64,000 nucleotides of DNA. Source: a virus. The notes under the pieces were generated by a model, which saw only the letters and a list, made by a program, of their open reading frames with translations, ran no database searches and was not told the origin of the DNA. The position numbers and the translations under genes were made by a program. Location: UHGV virus genome UHGV-0112973; one strand, written 5' to 3'. Of the stretch, positions 19,929 through 30,900 are shown one piece after another. How positions within the stretch are numbered: the stretch's first letter is position 1; each line of letters starts with the position of its first letter.

Positions 19929-20346
19929 CTTAAGGGTTATTGAACATGATCAATTTACCTGTAAATCCATACAGTTCAATACCTTATCAGGTCAAATAGT
20001 GATCACTTGATCATTTGATCAAGGTTGCGCTACGTAAAATCTGCGAAATGTTGGCAGTGTTAGTGCTCCAGATTTCGCGTAGCGCACTTAGCACCACCAA
20101 TCAATCAGAGGTGAAAAATGGGATATTCAGCTGCTAAAGTGTCCACTCATATTGAGCTTGAGAAAAACCGTGGTTACTGGCGGGCAAAAGGGTTTGATCG
20201 TGATAGTTGTCAACTGTCATTATCGCGCGGTGAAGAGAAAATAGAACGCACGCGCGGTCGCTGGCGTTTCTATGACGAGAACCATAAACAGGTAAAGGCA
20301 GAGCCGATCCTGTACACTTTACTTAAAACCATTATCTGAGTGTTAA

Positions 20347-21378
20347 ATGTCCAATTTACTGACCGTACACCAAAATTTGCCTGCATTACCGGTCGATGCA
20401 ACGAGTGATGAGGTTCGCAAGAACCTGATGGACATGTTCAGGGATCGCCAGGCGTTTTCTGAGCATACCTGGAAAATGCTTCTGTCCGTTTGCCGGTCGT
20501 GGGCGGCATGGTGCAAGTTGAATAACCGGAAATGGTTTCCCGCAGAACCTGAAGATGTTCGCGATTATCTTCTATATCTTCAGGCGCGCGGTCTGGCAGT
20601 AAAAACTATCCAGCAACATTTGGGCCAGCTAAACATGCTTCATCGTCGGTCCGGGCTGCCACGACCAAGTGACAGCAATGCTGTTTCACTGGTTATGCGG
20701 CGGATCCGAAAAGAAAACGTTGATGCCGGTGAACGTGCAAAACAGGCTCTAGCGTTCGAACGCACTGATTTCGACCAGGTTCGTTCACTCATGGGAAATA
20801 GCGATCGCTGCCAGGATATACGTAATCTGGCATTTCTGGGGATTGCTTATAACACCCTGTTACGTATAGCCGAAATTGCCAGGATCAGGGTTAAAGATAT
20901 CTCACGTACTGACGGTGGGAGAATGTTAATCCATATTGGCAGAACGAAAACGCTGGTTAGCACCGCAGGTGTAGAGAAGGCACTTAGCCTGGGGGTAACT
21001 AAACTGGTCGAGCGATGGATTTCCGTCTCTGGTGTAGCTGATGATCCGAATAACTACCTGTTTTGCCGGGTCAGAAAAAATGGTGTTGCCGCGCCATCTG
21101 CCACCAGCCAGCTATCAACTCGCGCCCTGGAAGGGATTTTTGAAGCAACTCATCGATTGATTTACGGCGCTAAGGATGACTCTGGTCAGAGATACCTGGC
21201 CTGGTCTGGACACAGTGCCCGTGTCGGAGCCGCGCGAGATATGGCTCGTGCCGGAGTTTCAATACCGGAGATCATGCAAGCTGGTGGCTGGACCAACGTA
21301 AATATTGTCATGAACTATATCCGTAACCTGGATAGTGAAACAGGGGCAATGGTGCGCCTGCTGGAAGATGGCGATTAG
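20347..21378 (+). CDS. cre: Cre tyrosine recombinase
   Basis: 343 aa MSNLLTVHQNLPALPVDATSDEVRKNLMDMFRDRQAFSEHTWKMLLSVCRSWAAWCKLNNRKWFPAEPEDVRDYLLYLQARGLAVKTIQQHL...; about 420 bp from loxP. Confidence 0.95.
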   Translation: MSNLLTVHQNLPALPVDATSDEVRKNLMDMFRDRQAFSEHTWKMLLSVCRSWAAWCKLNNRKWFPAEPEDVRDYLLYLQARGLAVKTIQQHLGQLNMLHRRSGLPRPSDSNAVSLVMRRIRKENVDAGERAKQALAFERTDFDQVRSLMGNSDRCQDIRNLAFLGIAYNTLLRIAEIARIRVKDISRTDGGRMLIHIGRTKTLVSTAGVEKALSLGVTKLVERWISVSGVADDPNNYLFCRVRKNGVAAPSATSQLSTRALEGIFEATHRLIYGAKDDSGQRYLAWSGHSARVGAARDMARAGVSIPEIMQAGGWTNVNIVMNYIRNLDSETGAMVRLLEDGD

Positions 21379-21395
21379 CCATTAACGCGTAAATG

Positions 21396-21412
21396 ATTGC
21401 TCTAATTCTTTG
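21396..21412 (+). promoter_or_regulatory. C1 operator-like site (ATTGCTCTAATTCTTTG)
   Basis: Operator core exact, 3-prime half divergent; downstream of cre. Confidence 0.4.
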
Positions 21413-21428
21413 ATATTTATGGTGACAT

Positions 21429-21740
21429 ATGAGAAAGGATTTCAACATCGACGGAAAATATGTAGTGCTGTCTGTAAGCACTAATATTCAGTCGCCAGCC
21501 GTCATTGTCACTGTAAAGCTGAGCGATAGAATGCCTGATATTGATTCAATATCCGTTGCGTTCCCTGTCAAAAGTATGCGTGGTGCTGAACATTTCGTGA
21601 TGAATGCCACCGAGGGAGAAGCACGGCGCGGTTTTGCTAAAGTGATGTCTGAGTTTGGCGAATTTTTGGGGCACGTTGACAAAGCCCTCTCAATCAGTTC
21701 AGCAAGGTCCAAAGCGTTAACAGCTTCCATGATGAAATAA
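21429..21740 (+). CDS. hypothetical protein (position of P1 cra)
   Basis: 103-aa ORF between cre and ref; function unknown. Confidence 0.35.
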   Translation: MRKDFNIDGKYVVLSVSTNIQSPAVIVTVKLSDRMPDIDSISVAFPVKSMRGAEHFVMNATEGEARRGFAKVMSEFGEFLGHVDKALSISSARSKALTASMMK

Positions 21741-21746
21741 AAAAAA

Positions 21747-21765
21747 GCCTGGCAAGGAGCCAGGC
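21747..21765. terminator. hairpin GCCTGGCAAGGAGCCAGGC flanked by an A-run (terminator on the minus strand)
   Basis: Perfect 7-bp stem; A8 upstream on plus strand gives a T-run on the minus strand. Confidence 0.4.
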
Positions 21766-21871
21766 TGCACAAAAGAGCGGGTTTGTATTCCGCATCCAAT
21801 CAATCAAGAAGGAGTATAGCACACAGGTACTGAAGTGAAAAAATGTGATTCGCGATAAATAAACAACTTTA

Positions 21872-21888
21872 ATTGCTCTAATTTGTTG
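21872..21888 (+). promoter_or_regulatory. C1 operator-like site (ATTGCTCTAATTTGTTG) overlapping a TATAAT -10
   Basis: Operator followed by GCTATAATTGAG; upstream of ref. Confidence 0.5.
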
Positions 21889-21954
21889 CTATAATTGAGT
21901 CGCAGTTTTTGTCAACTACGAAGACGTTGCCATTACTTCACTCCTTGACATCAT

Positions 21955-21980
21955 AGGCGGCCATTAGGCCGCCTTTTTTT
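21955..21980 (+). terminator. terminator-like hairpin in ref leader (GGCGGCCATTAGGCCGCC + T8)
   Basis: Perfect 7-bp GC stem followed by TTTTTTTT ending 8 nt before the ref start codon. Confidence 0.5.
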
Positions 21981-21987
21981 TGACCAT

Positions 21988-22548
21988 ATGAAAACAATCG
22001 AACAAAAAATTGAACAGTGCCGCAAGTGGCAGAAGGCAGCCAGAGAACGAGCGATCGCTCGGCAACGGGAGAAGTTGGCTGATCCGGTCTGGCGAGAATC
22101 TCAATATCAGAAAATGCGGGATACTATCGACCGCCGTATCGCTAAACAGAAAGAGCGCCCACCAGCCAGCAAAACGCGGAAAAGCGCGGTAAAAATAAAA
22201 TCTCGTGGCTTGAAGGGGAGAACACCAACGGCGGAGGAACGGCGCATCGCCAATGCTCTTGGCACTCTCCCCTGCATTGCCTGCTATATGCATGGAGTAA
22301 TATCTAATGAGGTGTCTCTGCACCATATCGCCGGTCGTACCGCGCCGGGTTGTCATAAAAAGCAATTGCCACTTTGTAGATGGCACCACCAGCATGCAGC
22401 ACCGGCTGAAGTAAGAGCAAAATACCCCTGGCTGGTCCCTGTTCATGCCGATGGTGTGGTTGGAGGCAAGAAAGAATTCACCCTGCTGAACAAGTCAGAG
22501 ATGGAGTTACTGGCTGACGCCTATGAGATGGCAAACATCATGCACTAA
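21988..22548 (+). CDS. ref: Ref (recombination enhancement function, HNH-type endonuclease)
   Basis: 186 aa; Cys/His motif CIACYMHG...HHIAGR...CHKKQLPLCRWHHQ; position after cre. Confidence 0.75.
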   Translation: MKTIEQKIEQCRKWQKAARERAIARQREKLADPVWRESQYQKMRDTIDRRIAKQKERPPASKTRKSAVKIKSRGLKGRTPTAEERRIANALGTLPCIACYMHGVISNEVSLHHIAGRTAPGCHKKQLPLCRWHHQHAAPAEVRAKYPWLVPVHADGVVGGKKEFTLLNKSEMELLADAYEMANIMH

Positions 22549-22737
22549 TAAATATATTATTTTTAATGATAAATGATTGACAACTGACAAGTGACTTCAG
22601 TCAGAATCATCACATGCCCGGTACGGATGGATCCCTTTTCAAATATTCCATGGACGGCACAGTCTGAGTACCGGGCGCTACCTTCAGTTGTATTGCTAAG
22701 CCGCCGCTGGTGGCTTTTCTTTTTTGTAGGGGGCGCT

Positions 22738-23379
22738 ATGGATAAGAAAATATGCGTTGTTTCGATGAGCGTCGGCAAACCGGCGTCAATGACTGCTGCA
22801 TGGATCAATAACGAGCTGATAATGGCTGAGCGGACCAGCTACCCTGAACGCCGCCGCGATATGGAACTCCAGCTGCTGCGCGAATTGCGAGAAAAAGAGG
22901 AAAAGGGTTTTATCGTGCTGGTGGAAGAGGAAAACAGCTTTATTACTGGTCGAGTTGGCCAGCGTGTAAGGTTGCGCGATCCCTTCATGAACGGCAGGCC
23001 GGTACTGATTGAAGCAATGCAGATTTACAAGGAGCTGGAACGCCAGAAAGCGATCAAGTTACCGCGCAAGGAATCCGGCAAATACATCCTCCACCAAAGC
23101 ATCTTCGATTCCGAACACGATAAAAAAGGCGATGAATTTTTCAACATCAACTGGAGCGAAATAACGACAGAGCATGTTCTGACGTTACTATGTTGCTTTG
23201 CGACGGAATACAACAACGTTGCCAGCGCCGACTACATCAGGGCAATGGCTGGAGAAGTTGAAGCCCGCCAGGAACCATCGTTACTAAGTCCACTTATTAA
23301 CATAATTCTGGGTACCCAGACACTGGAACAAAAAAAAGTGCCGAAAGGGGTATTAACAGGCAAGCATAATTATTTCTAA
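22738..23379 (+). CDS. hypothetical protein (position of P1 mat)
   Basis: 213 aa from ATG after AGGGGG; track ORF extends to 22591; no recognised domain. Confidence 0.35.
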   Translation: MDKKICVVSMSVGKPASMTAAWINNELIMAERTSYPERRRDMELQLLRELREKEEKGFIVLVEEENSFITGRVGQRVRLRDPFMNGRPVLIEAMQIYKELERQKAIKLPRKESGKYILHQSIFDSEHDKKGDEFFNINWSEITTEHVLTLLCCFATEYNNVASADYIRAMAGEVEARQEPSLLSPLINIILGTQTLEQKKVPKGVLTGKHNYF

Positions 23380-23577
23380 TAATTTATAGTGGGGACTTTT
23401 GATGGTGTAAAACCCCATGAATTATTATTTTTTAGTTTTTTGATTCTATTTTTTTTGCATTACCCGTCATAAAAATGAGCTTGCTTACATAATAGAAAAT
23501 TATTTTATCAACACTATTACAACAAACGATTATCACTGATAACATGAGTCCTTTGAAAACAAAGGACTCACCATACT

Positions 23578-24186
23578 ATGTCTAATACCTCGGCAAATGA
23601 AATTGTACCGCACTTACCGCTAATTTTCGAAAATGAAGCTAATGGGATTCTTCAGGATCTGGCCTATACTCCATCGCTTATGGGGTTGATGATGTTCCCG
23701 ACAGAAGAGGAGCTGAAAGCAGCGAGAAGCTACATAATTAACGTTTTTGAAGAGTGTTACCGAGCCGGTCATTTGCGCATTATGGGCTTTACTAATGAAG
23801 AAAACTTGTTCGGATACGCCTTAATCTTCGGACATCCATCGGGAAATTTTCCGTTGTACTGTCATAAAATATATGTATATGAGCAATATCGTGGTAATGG
23901 ACTTGGAAGTAATATACTGGCAGAAATACTTGCATTTCCAAATGAGGTCGCTTTGATTTGCCAGTCTGATTTGGTTCCTTTTTATGAATCAGCCGGAATG
24001 CACTTTAAAGGAAATTACACCACTCCATCAGTCGCCAATTTCAAAAAAACTCGCGGCATGTATGAGGGGCTTTGTTTGATGAGCACTGAAAAAAATGCAA
24101 ACTCTAATGGTGTACCTATATTCATGCTGAACGATAACGATATTGATAACATCATACAGGCTATCGCATCATCGGCACCACGATAA
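23578..24186 (+). CDS. GNAT-family N-acetyltransferase
   Basis: 202 aa; acetyl-CoA-binding-like segment YVYEQYRGNGLGSNILAEIL; AT-rich flanks. Confidence 0.55.
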   Translation: MSNTSANEIVPHLPLIFENEANGILQDLAYTPSLMGLMMFPTEEELKAARSYIINVFEECYRAGHLRIMGFTNEENLFGYALIFGHPSGNFPLYCHKIYVYEQYRGNGLGSNILAEILAFPNEVALICQSDLVPFYESAGMHFKGNYTTPSVANFKKTRGMYEGLCLMSTEKNANSNGVPIFMLNDNDIDNIIQAIASSAPR

Positions 24187-24268
24187 TATTAATAATTCAT
24201 CTCGCCGCAGGAACTACAAACCAGTTGATTGTTTGTGAAACGCCCGGTGCAAACCGGGCCAACAAAAC

Positions 24269-24517
24269 TCAATCAGCATTGAGAAGCAATGCATTATCTA
24301 TGATGATCTGCTCCCATTCTTCGAATGCCCGGTCGCGGACGCCCTGGGGAACACTGTTAGTTTTGAAATCGACGACCGTACGCCATTTCCCGTCCGGACG
24401 GTACATGCGCAGAGCTTTACTTCCCCCTTCCCTGCGCACCTCAACGTTATGCTTATCAGCAAACTCTTGTAATGCTCGTAGCGTCCCATGCTTTACTGTG
24501 TAGTATCGCTTTTTCAA
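24269..24517 (-). CDS. lxc: Lxc-like (Bof) C1 co-repressor
   Basis: 82-codon ORF (TTG start) immediately downstream of the ulx-like gene in the darB operon direction. Confidence 0.5.
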   Translation of the reverse strand: MKKRYYTVKHGTLRALQEFADKHNVEVRREGGSKALRMYRPDGKWRTVVDFKTNSVPQGVRDRAFEEWEQIIIDNALLLNAD

Positions 24518-24954
24518 GTTTTCTCTCCAGCCTGTGCCAAGGCTTCAACTTCCAAATCGTAAGACTCAAACTCATAGTCCTGGTCGTCAACTTCTTCAGG
24601 CACTGGCAGTAAATGCCAGGCTGAGTATATCTGACCATTATCAAAACGCTCCTGGCTGTAGAGCGTCGCGGCTATGAGTGTTAGCGCCGGGCGGTCATAA
24701 CGGTAAATTTTGCGAACGTCACGGTCAACGAGACGACCGAAATTACCATAACCGCGCTCCAGTAATAATTTTTTAATTTCCGGCCAGTATGGACCATAGC
24801 TGCGGTACAGGCGGGGATTTTTCAGTAATCGCCCGCGTAGCCCTGACAGGAAGAAATCAACGTATTCGTCTTCTGTCTTTCCTAACAACGCTGTACGGAG
24901 TACCGCCTCAAGATATGTTTTATTCGGTTTTATTGTATCAGATAGTGTGGCCAT
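24514..24954 (-). CDS. ulx: Ulx-like protein
   Basis: 146 aa; between darB and lxc. Confidence 0.5.
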   Translation of the reverse strand: MATLSDTIKPNKTYLEAVLRTALLGKTEDEYVDFFLSGLRGRLLKNPRLYRSYGPYWPEIKKLLLERGYGNFGRLVDRDVRKIYRYDRPALTLIAATLYSQERFDNGQIYSAWHLLPVPEEVDDQDYEFESYDLEVEALAQAGEKT

Positions 24955-24987
24955 ATTATGCGACGCCCGGCGAACCGGGCGCTCCTG

Positions 24988-27900
24988 TTATGCGTATTGT
25001 TGGATGACGGCCAGAACGTCCGCCACGTTGTGTTTTGTCTCGATAATCCACCAGTTACCCGGGAAATCGCTGTTCTTCGCCTTCGCTGGCAGCCAGCGAG
25101 CGCCGAATTTCGCCTTGATTGCGTCTTTCGCACGGAAAAGAACGCCTTTCATGCCTGAGGCTTCCTGAAGCCCAAATACCTCGCCAGCGGCGAATTTTGG
25201 TGCGTACATCATCTTCAGGTCGGCGGTGGATACGCGATAATTCAGACCAAGAGACTGAGCTATGCTGGTGGCATCACCCTGTATTGATGATAACTCTTCT
25301 TGTTTCTCGTTTCTGGCGGCAATCTCTTCCTCCGTGATGTTGCCAAGGGCCAGGTTTATCCGATCAGCGTCGGCCTGTTTCTCTTCATCGGTGCGCCCGG
25401 CAAGAACCGTGTTAATTCTCTGCAATATCTCCACATGATTCTTGCGCATGCTGAGCAATTCCGGCGTAACCTCGTTAAGATCCACCAGCCCAAGGATGGC
25501 AAGGTCGGAAAACATTGATACCAGGTTGTAGGTCATGCGATAGCTGAGTTGACCATAGGCTGATGGCAACTTCACCGCATCCATTTGATAGGCATCCATA
25601 AATTTAGAGCCGTCGTTTACGACATCCGCTATTGCAGGTGTGATTTTCCCTGTGGTGGCGGCCTCCCTGATTGCTGTTACCCACGATTGAGTCAGCGCGG
25701 CGACTGCATGATTCAGATTGGCTTCCCGTTCTGCTGCGATGCGCGCGCTTGCTGCGTCCATTGCCTGCTTGATCTCGGCTTTATTGCTGTAAATGCCAAT
25801 GGTGCCAAACTGTGCTGTGGTGATCTCATAATCTGACGCCCGGAACTCATTGGTACCGAAAATGGCATTGGTGACTTCAAGTTCAGAATCCCCGTTACGA
25901 GTAGCCCCCTGGCTTGTTTTCTCCGGCATTCTGGCGATCGCATCCGCTATTTTCTCCTGAATTGCTTCAGGGGATAGCGTATCTCCGTATGACGCGATTA
26001 CATCGCCATAATTGGAGCCAAACAGTTCAACCAGGAATGCTTCTGCCGAACGGATCTGGCGGTTATTCCCTTCCGACATCATACCAAGCACCCATTTTGC
26101 AATTGACGACTTCAGCGCGCCGTCACGGCGATCCGGGTAAACCGCATGCTTCAGTGGGTCCGTATAGGTACCAACAAAATCAATGCTATAGCCTGACTCT
26201 GTAGTCTGAACGCCGTATGAGTCAGTGATTTTGATCATGCCGCGCTGCTGGAAACGGTAGAAATCGTCACAGGAAACGATGTCGTTAATCCCGGCGATGG
26301 AGACGCCACCACTGATTTTCTGCATAACAGCATCTTCATCGGGAGTTACATCAACCTGTTTATCCAGCGTCTTCACATCCCAGTTACCAGATTTGGTGCC
26401 TTTGAAGGTGAAGATGATCTCCACGTCTGCGCGCTGGCTGTCGAAGTCCAGCGACTTAATGCGAACGATATCACCGGCACAATCGTAGTATTGGCCTACA
26501 CGCCATGAGCGATCGCCGATAACAAGGAACTCACTCGCATGGTTAACCAGGTCAGGATCAACATCCAGAATGCCTTTATTTAATGCATCCTCCACCAGCG
26601 GGCGCAGGCGTTTGATATCCGTCGCGGCCTTCTGAGTACGGTTCAATAATTTCTCATAGCGGGAGATGGCCTGAGAGATATTAGCCTTGCGCTGAATGGC
26701 GCTTTTCAACGACGCGCGATACTGTGCTAACAACATACGGTCTGTGTGATGGACGCTACCCCAGCGGGCTTTCCAGTCTGCGTTATCAGCTGCTTTGGCC
26801 ATTACCGCCTGTTTGAATTTAGCTACCTCGGCGGTGGTCTTTTCAAGTTCCGCTTTGCTTCGCTCCAATTCAGCGGTAAGTACCTCCACATCCTCACCAG
26901 CTGCGTGCTGCGCCTTGATGTAGTTCTGAAGGTCGATAGTAGCCTGTTCTTTCTGGCGAGCGCGTTTCGCAGCTTTCGCCTTATCCATTTGAACCTGCAT
27001 CATTGCCAGACGTTCGCCGTCATCCTTCGCGGTATACATCTGCATTTCGATCATATCGTTGGCGTCGGCGTTCTCCATTTCTGACTTATCTGAACGGAGG
27101 ATATCGGAGATCCAGCCTGCTTTACGCTTCAGCGTCTTCAGTCGGTATTCATCGAAAGACCCCTTGCCGCAGTAGTAGTGAACGCGAACGCTTGCACGGT
27201 TGGAGCCAACTCGGGCACCGCGACCGTTTCGTTGCGCAATACTGGCTGGAGTCCATGGCAACGTCAGATGATGGATGTCAGTCGTTCCTCGATGCAGGTT
27301 GATACCCACCTCTGCCTTTTTGTTGCAGATGATGATCGGAGTCCGGCCCTCCTGGAAGTCGGCTGCAATCTTTTCCAGACCGCCCAACGACATTTCATTT
27401 TGCTGCGCGATATAGGCGTCATACAGAGCCATTTGCTCGTTGTATTTCGCTATCTGTGCATCTGTTGGTTCATCCGGTAACTCTTTCGGCGGTTTAACCG
27501 CTTTCAGTTTCTTACCGGTTTTACCTGCCTCGGCAACCGTCTGAGCATTCAGTATCCCCACCTTTGAAGGTTCAAGGTTAAGAGCATTGCAGATAATGCG
27601 TTTGAGCTTCTGGTGCTGCGTTTTTTCATCGGTGAAGATGATTTGCTTACCTTCCGGGAAAAACTCCTTCAGCGTGGCAATCAGCTTCGCGTATTTGGGC
27701 GTAACGGGGTGAGTTACGGTCTGTTCGTCAATGCCAAACCTGGCCAGGCGCTTATTCACTTCCTGCTCGAACGCTTCCGGAACCTGCAACTGAATAAACT
27801 CGCCCTTATCTATCAGGGAGTATTGCGATTGCTGCGTGATTGAATCATCACTGTCGTCGTCTTCACTGGTGGCTTGTTTAGGCAAACTGTCCGCCAGCTG

Positions 27901-30900
27901 CTGCACCGCATCGGCGTACTCCGGCAGGAAACGATAGGTGATCCGGCGATAGTACAGGTCCATGTCAGTACATACGCGGTCCATATCCCTGATTATTGAG
28001 AAGATCGGACGGGCTTTCTCGTGCTCAATCACGCCGTCTTCATTGACCGAGGTCGTTACGCCATTGTTGGCTTTGGCCGCCGCTTCCGCCTGCTGACGCA
28101 ATTCTTCATACGCCGCCAGTTGTTCTTCAGTAAGTGGTGCATCCTGCTGGTGTTCGTCCAGCTCCGGGATCTCCACGGTATCCTTAACGTCTTCCGCCGT
28201 TTTAAGCGTTACCCAGCGATGGAATATACCGCGCAGCGCATCAAGGTTTTCAAAGCCCACCAGCGCCATTTTTTCTTCAACTTCACCGCTAATTTTCTGT
28301 ACCGTTTCCAGCCTGGTCTTGCCGAAGAATTTAACGAAGTCATCAGGACCGTAGATCCCCATGTTCTGCCAGTATTCCTTCGGCAGAACATGAGAAAGCA
28401 TGTTGTATGCATCGATCGGGGTGTTAACGACTGGCGTTGCAGTCAGGAGAACCGGGCCGCGCCCACCATTCTTTTTAATCAGGTACGCGTTTTTAATTGC
28501 CATATCTCGCGCCGATTGCGCCACCGCGCTGGTGGGCAGATAGGCCAGTTGTGACGCTTCGCGACCATTTTTATAGCTATTGCGGTAGTTGTGACCTTCG
28601 TCAGCGATCACACTATCGAAGCCCATATCCTCAAAGTACGGATACTTCTCTGCTTTTTCGGTGCCGGTATCTGAATACTCCGACAATACCCGGCGACGCG
28701 CGGCCTCTTTGCGGTGGGAGTCGGAGTCCATTGCGCTGGCTACGCGTCCGGCGGCAACGAAGTCATAAAGCATATCCTGTGCATGCTCATCTACGGTGTC
28801 ATCACGTAGCGGAATGCGGGCGTATTGTTCTTTGGTAAACACGACTGCACGGTAATTTGAGTGCGGGATCGCGTTCATCCGCGCCGTGATAGTGGCTTCA
28901 TCTGCCAGCTTAAGAGCATCGCGCATAACTGGAGTGCCATCAGTACCAAGAACAGGTTTACCGTTCTCATCGAGCACCTGCACCTGGCGAATCTGATCGC
29001 CATCCATCAGCACATCAAGACCGACGAACAGGTAGTTACTGAATGCCTCTTCACTCAGGAATTCTTTTGCTTCGTAATACCAGTTTTCCAGCACTGATTT
29101 AGGCACTACATACGCAGTACGGGTGGAGCGACCGTTCTCATAGTTGAACGCCTCAAGCGCCAGCGCGGTCGTGGTTTTACCCAGCCCGGTGCCGAAGCCC
29201 AGGATGCCGCGCCCATCTTCGGACAGTCGGCGCACCTCGCTATTCTGGTAATCAAATGGCTGGCGCTTACCGCTTAATCCCTTCAACCCAAGCGGATCGC
29301 CAGAGTGTTCATACGGGATATTGCTATTGAACACATCGTTGTATTTGGCAACCAGCTCATCGTAGCGATCGTGCGTCTTGATCCACTTATTGAACTGGTC
29401 CTCAAGCAGTGCCATCTGCTCGCGGTAGCCGTTCGCCGTCGCGCTATCTTTGCCACCGATACGCGCACCATTGAGATACTTTTCCAGCTGTGCCGGGAAC
29501 CCGGTCGCGTTTTCACCTGATTTACGGTCCCACTCGTAGCGAATCTCACCTGTTTCTTTATCCTTGCGCTGGACGACACCGTATCGGTGCCCGACGAACA
29601 GACCATCACCACCGTGATAGGTGTCAGAAACCATTTCGTCGCCTTCCAGCTGCACTGACTGCACATAGCGCAGATCCGGATAACCGTTTTCCTGCAAAAA
29701 TTCCAGAATGACGGAACGGTCGAACCAACGGCTATTGAGCTTAAACCGGATATTCTCTGCTGGCGTCTTGATGCGCTTCTCTTCGATAGCTGCCAGCTGA
29801 TTAAGGACGTTGTTCTTTACTGGACCGTCGGGGAGTGTGGCGAGGAATTCCTGTTTTGGAGCCACTATCTCGTTAATGTCGCCGCTGGTGGCGCGGGCGA
29901 ACGGAACAATCCCGCCATACGGTGAAACCGCAATACCAGGGGTGCTGGCCAATAAATTAAGCAACTCTTCATCACTGGCTGGCAGTTCGCCGGTAAACGC
30001 AAGGCGGAAATCATCGAGCTGGATTGGATCGCGGGTGAGATCGCTATAGAGATAACGCAGGGTGTCCTGATAGCTGGTGGAGTCATAACTTGCGCTGGAA
30101 TCATGCGTAACCAGCTTCCCTGTCAGCTCGTCAGAAATAGTGCCATCCAGCTTAATTGCACCACGGAAAGCAAACCAGGCGCGCGCACCGCTCCCCGACA
30201 ATTTCGCTATCGGACCGCGACCGGGGTTACCAAAACGGTCAATCTCTGCCTGCAAACGGGATACCAGAGAAAGGCGCTGCTGTTCGATTTGTTCAGCACT
30301 ATGCCCGGCGGCCTTCATGTCCTGATATTCAATTAACATCCGGCCAATCATCGCCCCGCGATACAAGCGTTCACGGTATTTTTCAGGCTGGCTGTTAATC
30401 CAGTCCACCAGTTGCACCATATCGTCGCTGATTGATGTGGTGTACTTATCGCGGACATTTGCCATCTGGGTAAATGTCATGCCGAGACGGCCTTCTGTTG
30501 TAGTCAGGTTACGCTGAAGAGCCTCCCAGCTATCCGCGCCATAACTGGCAGCATCGATCTTAAGTTCCTTCCCGGCATCAGCTTCAATCCAGCGACCACC
30601 AGCATATTTTTGCCATACGCCATTAATCAGGCGCATTTCCCCTTCACCAACAACGTCTGCGGTCGGTGACGGTTCAGCCATATCGAGCAAAGACCAGTCG
30701 ATACGGCTTTCGAAACGATGAATCAGCTTCGCTTTAAGAGCCTGGTTATCAATCTGACCGTCGGCACGAACCTCAATACGCCCCTGGAAGCCCTTTTCCT
30801 GGGTGCCATGAACAAACCGGCGGCCGTCCTTTTCAAACCACTTGCCAGAAATAAACGTTGGCCAAAGCACATTTGCCGATTCGAGAGTGCTTTCATCCAC

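Noticed and set aside
21488-21799. 103-aa minus-strand ORF overlapping the plus-strand ORF 21429-21740
   Set aside because: The two cannot both be real; the plus-strand frame has the more protein-like composition. Kept as low-confidence plus-strand CDS only.
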